Shown here piece after piece: positions 58,915-64,000 of a stretch of DNA of 64,000 nt. The notes beneath the pieces are model-generated. The model saw only the letters and a program-made list of their open reading frames with translations, did no database searches and was not told the DNA's origin. The first letter of the stretch is position 1; each line of letters opens with the position of its first letter. The translations under genes and the position numbers were made by a program. The stretch lies in assembly GCA_964470565.1 (NCBI GenBank), contig CAYYDJ010000019.1, forward strand, positions 15,472-79,471. The letters run 5' to 3'. The DNA is from an uncultured Rubrivivax sp. Lineage in GTDB: Bacteria > Pseudomonadota > Gammaproteobacteria > Burkholderiales > Burkholderiaceae_C.

Positions 58915-58964
58915 GATCTGACTCCCCAGGGTCGAATCGACGCATTGTGCGCGACGCTGCGGCG

Positions 58965-61634
58965 TCATCCGGCGGCGCCGCGCTGGATGGCGCGCAAGGG
59001 CACGCCCATGTCCTGCCAGCGCGCGCCGTGGCAGGTGAACAGCAGCACCTGGTGGCGCGACGCGGCGTCGAACAGCAGCCGCTTCATGCGCGCCAGGCGC
59101 TGCTCGTCGCTGTGCACCAGCGCGTCGTCCAGGATCAGCAGCGTCGGCCGCCCGGCCTCGCGCAGCCAGTCGGCGTAGGCGATGCGCACGGCCACGCCGA
59201 TCTGCTCGCGCGCACCGTAGCTCAGCGATTCCAGCGGCGCCAGCTCGGTGTCGGCCCCGCCGCGTTCGCGGTCGGCCGGGCGGTTCAAGCTCTGCGGCAC
59301 GAGCTGCTCGTCGAGCGCCAGTTTCGCGCCGGGAAACAGCAGCGGCAGCAGCCGCTCGAGATGGCGCAGCAGCGGCGCGCGCAGGCGCTGGGTGGCGGCC
59401 TGGCGATGCTGCGTCAGCCGCTGCAGCAGCAGATCGGCGGCATCGGCGCGACGCTGCAGTTCGTCGCGCCGGCGTTCGGCCTGCTGCAAGGCCTGCAGGC
59501 GCTGCGCCAGCGCCTCGTCCAGCCCTTGCGCGCCGGCTGCGGCCAGCGTGGCTTCGAGCTGGGCGATGCGGATGCCGCGCGCCTGGACGTCGTGCTGCGC
59601 CTGGTCGGCGCTGCGGCGCAGACGCTCGATGTCCTGCTGCAGGATGTCGGGCCGCTGGCCGTCCAGCCGCTGCTGCAAGTCATGCAGCGCGGCCTGCAGC
59701 GCGGCGCCTTGCTGGCGGCCGGCGTCCAGCCGGGCCTGCGCGTGGGCACTGCGCTCGCGGTGCTCGGCGCTCGCCAGCAGCGCGGCCAGCGCCTGCTGCT
59801 CGCGCTGCGCGGCCTGCTGCTCGCTGGCGGCGGTGGCCAGGCGCCGCCGGGTCTGCTCCAGCGCGGCGGCAGCCGCGACGACGACCTGTTGCGCGGCGTC
59901 GAAGCCCGCGGCCGCGGCGGCCACCGGCAGTGCCCCGGCGGCCGGCGGCGGCAACTGCGCCAGCGCGCCTTCGGCGGCCTGCTGCTGCGCCGCCGCCTGG
60001 TCCAGCGCGGCCTGCAGGCCGTCCGGCCCCTGTGGCGCCAGCAGCGCCAGCGCCTGCTGCGCCGCTTCGGCGGCCTGCAGGCTGTCGCGCCCGGCTTGCG
60101 CGCGGGCCTCGGCCTGCTGCAGGTCGGCCAGTCCCAGCCGCTGCAGCAGCGAGCGCTGCTCGCCTTGCAGCCGCATCTGCTCGGCCGCCAGCTCGGCGAG
60201 GTCGGGGCCGCCGGGGCTGATCGACAGCCGGCCCACCTGCGCGATCTGCAGCTCGCCGCGCGCGACCAGCAGCCGCTCGCCCCGGCCTTGCAGCGTGTCG
60301 CCGTCGAGCTGCAGCGCGGCGCCGGGCAGCAAGTCGAACTGCAGCCGCGTCGCCATCGCCGACTGGCGGATCGCCAGCTCCTGCAGCCGCGCGGCGCGGC
60401 TGCGCAACGCCTGCAGATCCTGCGCCTCGATGGCCGCGGCGGCCGCGGCGCGGCGCAACGCCGCCGCGCGGGCGGCCTCGGCCTGCGCGCGCTGCAGCAG
60501 CGCGGCCGCCGCGGCGGCGCGCTCGCGCGCCGTGACCAGTTGCGTGGAAAGTTGGGCGCGGCCGTCCTCCTGGCGGGCCAGCGCCAGCGCGGCCTGGGCC
60601 CGGCCGGCGCGTTCGGCGGCCGCGCCATGCGCCGCCAGCGCGGCCTGCTCGGCGGCGGCGGCCTGTTGCAGCGCCTGCGCCGCGGCCAGCGCCGCGGCGC
60701 TGCGCGTCTGCAGCTCGGCCGCCTGCTGCGCGGCCGTGGCCAGCTGCTGCTGCAGCAGATCCTGCAGTGCGAGCTGCTGCTTCAGCTCGTCGCGCCGCGT
60801 GGCGAGTTCCGCCGCCAGGCCCTGCGCAGCGCGCCACGCATCCTCGGCCTGCTGCTGGCGCTGGCGCAGATCCGCCCAGGGCGCGCTGCGCTGCGCGGCC
60901 GCGTGCTCGTCGCGCAGCGCGCGCAACTCGTCGACCTGGCGGCGGTAGGCGGTGGCGGCCGCCTGCAGCTCGGCCACCTGGGCCTGCAGCGCGGCGGCGT
61001 CGTCCTGCGCCTGCAACAACGTGCCACGTGGCTTGCCGGCAAGCGTCAGCCATTGCTCGCGCAGCCTGCGCACCTGCTCGATCAGCTCGTCGCCGTCGCC
61101 GGCCGAGAGCGTGCCGATCGAGTCGTCGACCGACTGCTGCAGCGAGCGCTGCAGCTGCGGCGCCGCATGGCCCACCGCCGAGGCGAGTGCCTGCGCCTGG
61201 CCTTGCTCGATCCACAGCAGGCCGGGCAGGCCCAGGAACTCGTCTCGGTTGGCGCCCTTGGGCGCGAAGCCGAAGCCCAGCAGCTCGGCGAGGTGGTCCT
61301 CGGCCTCCTGGCCTTCGAGCCGGCGGGCGGCGCCGATCCGCAGCTCGCAGCGCTTCTTCTGCAGGAAGCGCTTGCGCAGCTCGTAGAGGGTGTCGCCGAT
61401 GCTGAAGTCCAGCTCGACGCTGGGCGCGGCGGCGGCGTCGCCGTAGGGGCGCAGGTCTTCGACGGCGGTGCTGCGATGGCGCTCCAGGAAGGCGGCGCGG
61501 ATCGCGCGCACCAGGCTGCTCTTGCCGGCCTCGTTGGGGCCGGCCAGGATGTTCAGGCCCGGCTGCAGGTCGGCCAGCTCGAAGGGCTGGCGAAAGGCGC
61601 GCAGCTCGGCCACGCGCAGGCGGCTGATCTTCAT
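58965..61634 (-). CDS. SMC/Rad50-like AAA ATPase without zinc hook (YhaN/SbcC-like, 889 aa)
   Basis: The start is MKISRLRVAELRAF. Walker A is GPNEAGKSS. A ~600-aa Ala/Gln/Leu-rich coiled coil follows. The signature-like motif is LSYGAREQIGVAVRIA and Walker B is TLLILDDALVHSD. There are only two Cys residues and no CxxC. Confidence 0.75.
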   Translation of the reverse strand: MKISRLRVAELRAFRQPFELADLQPGLNILAGPNEAGKSSLVRAIRAAFLERHRSTAVEDLRPYGDAAAAPSVELDFSIGDTLYELRKRFLQKKRCELRIGAARRLEGQEAEDHLAELLGFGFAPKGANRDEFLGLPGLLWIEQGQAQALASAVGHAAPQLQRSLQQSVDDSIGTLSAGDGDELIEQVRRLREQWLTLAGKPRGTLLQAQDDAAALQAQVAELQAAATAYRRQVDELRALRDEHAAAQRSAPWADLRQRQQQAEDAWRAAQGLAAELATRRDELKQQLALQDLLQQQLATAAQQAAELQTRSAAALAAAQALQQAAAAEQAALAAHGAAAERAGRAQAALALARQEDGRAQLSTQLVTARERAAAAAALLQRAQAEAARAAALRRAAAAAAIEAQDLQALRSRAARLQELAIRQSAMATRLQFDLLPGAALQLDGDTLQGRGERLLVARGELQIAQVGRLSISPGGPDLAELAAEQMRLQGEQRSLLQRLGLADLQQAEARAQAGRDSLQAAEAAQQALALLAPQGPDGLQAALDQAAAQQQAAEGALAQLPPPAAGALPVAAAAAGFDAAQQVVVAAAAALEQTRRRLATAASEQQAAQREQQALAALLASAEHRERSAHAQARLDAGRQQGAALQAALHDLQQRLDGQRPDILQQDIERLRRSADQAQHDVQARGIRIAQLEATLAAAGAQGLDEALAQRLQALQQAERRRDELQRRADAADLLLQRLTQHRQAATQRLRAPLLRHLERLLPLLFPGAKLALDEQLVPQSLNRPADRERGGADTELAPLESLSYGAREQIGVAVRIAYADWLREAGRPTLLILDDALVHSDEQRLARMKRLLFDAASRHQVLLFTCHGARWQDMGVPLRAIQRGAAG

Positions 61635-62791
61635 GGCCGCGCCTCGGCGGCTGGCGGCCGGCGCTGCTGCTGCGCGCGGCGCTCGGCCAGCAGCCGCGTC
61701 AGCAGCGCCAGCGCGTCCTGGGCGCGCGCGGCGTCGGGGCCGTCGCGGGTGTCGCGCAGCTCGGCGATCAGCGCGCCGAGATAGCCCTCGGCCTGCAGCG
61801 CGGCGATGTCGTCGGCGGTCGGCGCCAGCCGCAGGCCGTCGCGCTCGGCCAGCAGGCTGCGCACGCGGGCCTGGGTCTCGTCGAGCAGTTGCTGCAACGC
61901 CTGGTGCGCGGCCAGGTCCAGCATGCCCTGCAGCACGAGCTGCAGCACGTCGCCCTTGCCGGCAGTGGCCAGCTCGGCGCGCAGCGCATCGACGTCGCCG
62001 GCGGTGGACAACACGCGCGGCAGCCGCCGCCAGCGGTACTGCGCGATGGGCTGCGGCTGCACCCGTGGCGGCGCGCCGGGGCCGTCCAGCTCGACCCACA
62101 GGACCTGGCCCGAGGCGTTGTCCTTGAAGCGGTCGGGCTCGGGCGTGCCGCTGTACCAGGTGCGCTCGTCGATGCGGCGCGTGCCGTGCCAGTCGCCCAG
62201 CGCCAGGTAGTCCAGCCGGGCGCGCGCGGCGCGGTCGGGCGCAATGGGGTTGGTGGCGTCCAGGTCGTCGGCCTGCAGTCCATGCACCACGCCTTGCACC
62301 GCGCCGTGCGCCAGGCCCACGCGCAGCCAGCCGGCAGGTGTCTCGGCATGGTCGAACCAGGCCGTGCCATCGTCGGGCGTGTGGCGCTGGGTCAGCGGCG
62401 CGCACAGCAGTGCCAGGCGCTGCTCGGGCAGCTGCAGCACGCCGGGCTGCAGCATCAGCCGCGCGTTGGCCGGCACCACGCCCAGGCGCCGGGCCTCGGC
62501 CCAGACGCCTTCGGTCAGCGCGGCGTCGTGGTTGCCGGCGATCAGGACCCATGCTCCGGCATAACCCTCCAATGCGTGGAACAGGCGGCGGATGCTGCGC
62601 GGCGACAAGGCCTGGGCGTCGAACACGTCGCCGGCCACCAGCACGGCGTCGGCGCCGCCCTGGCTGGCGGCCTGCGCGATGCGCTCCACCGCGGCCAGCC
62701 GCGCCTCGGCCAGCGCGGCGGCGTCGTCGGCGTCCAGGAAGCCGTAGGTGCGGCCGATCTGCCAGTCGGCGGTGTGCAGCAGTCTGATCAT
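61631..62791 (-). CDS. Mre11/SbcD-like metallophosphoesterase nuclease (YhaO-like, 386 aa)
   Basis: Motifs are MIRLLHTADWQIG (motif I with Gln in place of the usual second His), VLVAGDVFD, LIAGNHD and ALGDWHG. There are ATGA overlaps with both recD and the ATPase gene. Confidence 0.75.
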   Translation of the reverse strand: MIRLLHTADWQIGRTYGFLDADDAAALAEARLAAVERIAQAASQGGADAVLVAGDVFDAQALSPRSIRRLFHALEGYAGAWVLIAGNHDAALTEGVWAEARRLGVVPANARLMLQPGVLQLPEQRLALLCAPLTQRHTPDDGTAWFDHAETPAGWLRVGLAHGAVQGVVHGLQADDLDATNPIAPDRAARARLDYLALGDWHGTRRIDERTWYSGTPEPDRFKDNASGQVLWVELDGPGAPPRVQPQPIAQYRWRRLPRVLSTAGDVDALRAELATAGKGDVLQLVLQGMLDLAAHQALQQLLDETQARVRSLLAERDGLRLAPTADDIAALQAEGYLGALIAELRDTRDGPDAARAQDALALLTRLLAERRAQQQRRPPAAEARP

Positions 62792-64000
62792 GGTGCGGCG
62801 TCTTCGAGGCGGGCCAGCAGCCCCGAGTGTCGCCGCGTCGGCGACGTGATCGCAGCGCCCAGCACCGCGGCACTGCCGGCCAGCGTGACGCGCCGGCGGG
62901 CGCGCGTGATCGCGGTGTATAGCAGCTCGCGCGTGGCGACCGCGCTGCGCCGCTCGGGCATCAGCAGCAGCAGCGCGTCGAACTCCGAGCCCTGGGCCTT
63001 GTGCACCGTCATCGCGAAGGCGCTCTGGTGCGCCGGCAGCCGCGCCGGCGCCACGCGGCGCAGCGTGCCATCGGCCTGCACGAAGACCACCTGCAGCCGG
63101 CCCTGCGCGTCGGGCAGCGCCAGGCCGACGTCGCCGTTGGCGAGCTGCAGCGCCGGCTCGTTGCGCAGCACCAGCACCGGCCGACCGGGGTACCAGGGCC
63201 CGGCCAGCGCGCTGGCGCGCGCTGCGGCCTGGCGGGCGGCGGCGTCGAGACGCTGGTTCATCGCCGCGGCCCCGCGCGGGCCGTCGCGGCGGGCGCAGAG
63301 CACGCGGAAGGCATCGAAGCACTGCAGCAGCTCCGCCGGGTCGGTCACGCCGTTGCGCAGGGCGTCGAAGTAGCCCGCATAACCGGATATGCAGGCGGCA
63401 AGCGTTGGCGGGGCCGGCGTGGGGCCGCCATCGGCGATCCAGTGCAGGCCTCGGTCGCTGCCGCTGCCGCTGCCGCTGCGCAGCGTGGCCAGCGCGTCGG
63501 CCACGCGGCCGGCGTTGACCTGCGCGGCGAGGCGGCCGATGCCCGAATCGGCGGCGAAGCGGTAGTTGCGCTGCAGCCAGACGGTGCTGTCTGGCAGTGC
63601 GCCGGCGCGGCGCGGCGGCGAGGGCTGCAGCGCTTGCGGCGGCACGCCGCAGGCTTCGGCCAGCGCCGCCCGGCAGGGCTGGCTGAACGACGGATCGGCG
63701 CTCAGCTCGGCGAAGACCGCGCCGGCCTCCACCGCGGCCAACTGGTCCTGGTCGCCCAGCAGCACGATGCGCGCCTGCGGCGGCACGGCGGCGAGCAGCC
63801 GCGCGGCCAGCGCGCCGTCGAGCATCGAGGCTTCGTCGACCACCAGCGCGTCGATGGGCAGCGGCCGCGCGGCGTCGTGCGCGAAGCTGCCGTCGGGCCG
63901 CGCGCCCAGCAGCCGGTGCAGCGTGAGCGCCTGGCGCGGCAGCCGCTCCAGCAGCGCCGTCGGCAGCCCCGCCGGCAGCGCCGAAGCGCGCTGCGCCAAG
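62788..64000 (-). CDS. recD: Exodeoxyribonuclease V alpha subunit RecD, C-terminal part (5' end outside window)
   Basis: Recognisable motifs are LVVDEASMLD, VLLGDQDQLAAVEAGAVF, LQRNYRF, VLVLRNE, MTVHKAQGSEFD and LLYTAITRARRRV. The frame is open to the window edge. Confidence 0.85.
   Translation of the reverse strand, partial: LAQRASALPAGLPTALLERLPRQALTLHRLLGARPDGSFAHDAARPLPIDALVVDEASMLDGALAARLLAAVPPQARIVLLGDQDQLAAVEAGAVFAELSADPSFSQPCRAALAEACGVPPQALQPSPPRRAGALPDSTVWLQRNYRFAADSGIGRLAAQVNAGRVADALATLRSGSGSGSDRGLHWIADGGPTPAPPTLAACISGYAGYFDALRNGVTDPAELLQCFDAFRVLCARRDGPRGAAAMNQRLDAAARQAAARASALAGPWYPGRPVLVLRNEPALQLANGDVGLALPDAQGRLQVVFVQADGTLRRVAPARLPAHQSAFAMTVHKAQGSEFDALLLLMPERRSAVATRELLYTAITRARRRVTLAGSAAVLGAAITSPTRRHSGLLARLEDAAP

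Noticed and set aside
59400-61000. Highly repetitive-looking GC-rich DNA, which I first suspected might be a tandem-repeat or CRISPR-like array.
   Set aside because: There is no regular repeat-spacer periodicity. The apparent repetition comes from biased codon use for Ala/Gln/Leu/Arg heptads in a coiled coil.
58947-61784. 945-aa plus-strand ORF, and the Cys/Ala/Ser-rich 566-aa ORF at 59248-60948.
   Set aside because: Both are alternative or antisense frames of the Ala/Gln-rich coiled-coil coding region of the SbcC-like gene. Both are pure low-complexity sequence.

Overview
About 70% GC chromosomal segment that looks betaproteobacterial (Burkholderiales-like; inferred from gene content and codon style, no search was run). 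I call about 55 protein genes. I saw no tRNA, rRNA or CRISPR array. All family names come from reading motifs in the supplied translations and are not database hits. Many long ORFs in the track are antisense artefacts of the high GC content.

Gene content in order:
- comEC (5' end cut by the window edge).
- A 9.5-kb five-gene operon of circularly permuted ATP-grasp, alpha-E and transglutaminase proteins, with no known function.
- A tightly coupled four-gene minus-strand operon: DUF1697, an HExxH membrane protein, a secreted DUF6624-like protein and a PIMT-like methyltransferase.
- Uma2 nuclease, secreted S9 oligopeptidase B and yciO.
- A TetR-controlled RND efflux pump, then ridA-like, plsY, an orphan wHTH gene and rhlE.
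- An orphan LuxR-type response regulator and a small membrane protein.
- ettA, preceded by a 25-codon upstream ORF that copies the ettA N-terminus.
- Two paralogous ~950-aa lipoprotein zinc metalloproteases bracketing a HlyD/ABC-2 exporter.
- A minus-strand array of ndh, pepP-like, nagK-like and a Gtr-like glycosylation trio (GT39-like, GT2, GtrA).
- A TetR gene, promoter and operator in front of an eight-gene metabolic/transport operon ending in an amidase.
- A DUF433/DUF5615 toxin-antitoxin pair split by a 272-bp MITE-like element.
- DUF2059 and DUF488 genes.
- A DUF2844/DUF3443 pair in which DUF3443 carries a bilobal pepsin-like DTG/DSG signature.
- recD (3' part) translationally coupled to a hook-less SbcD/SbcC-like (YhaO/YhaN-like) nuclease-ATPase pair.

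The items most worth follow-up are:
- the pepsin-like DUF3443 pair;
- the ettA leader ORF;
- the MITE-disrupted toxin-antitoxin locus;
- the ATP-grasp/alpha-E/transglutaminase operon;
- the four-gene PIMT operon;
- the recD-sbcDC-like operon.
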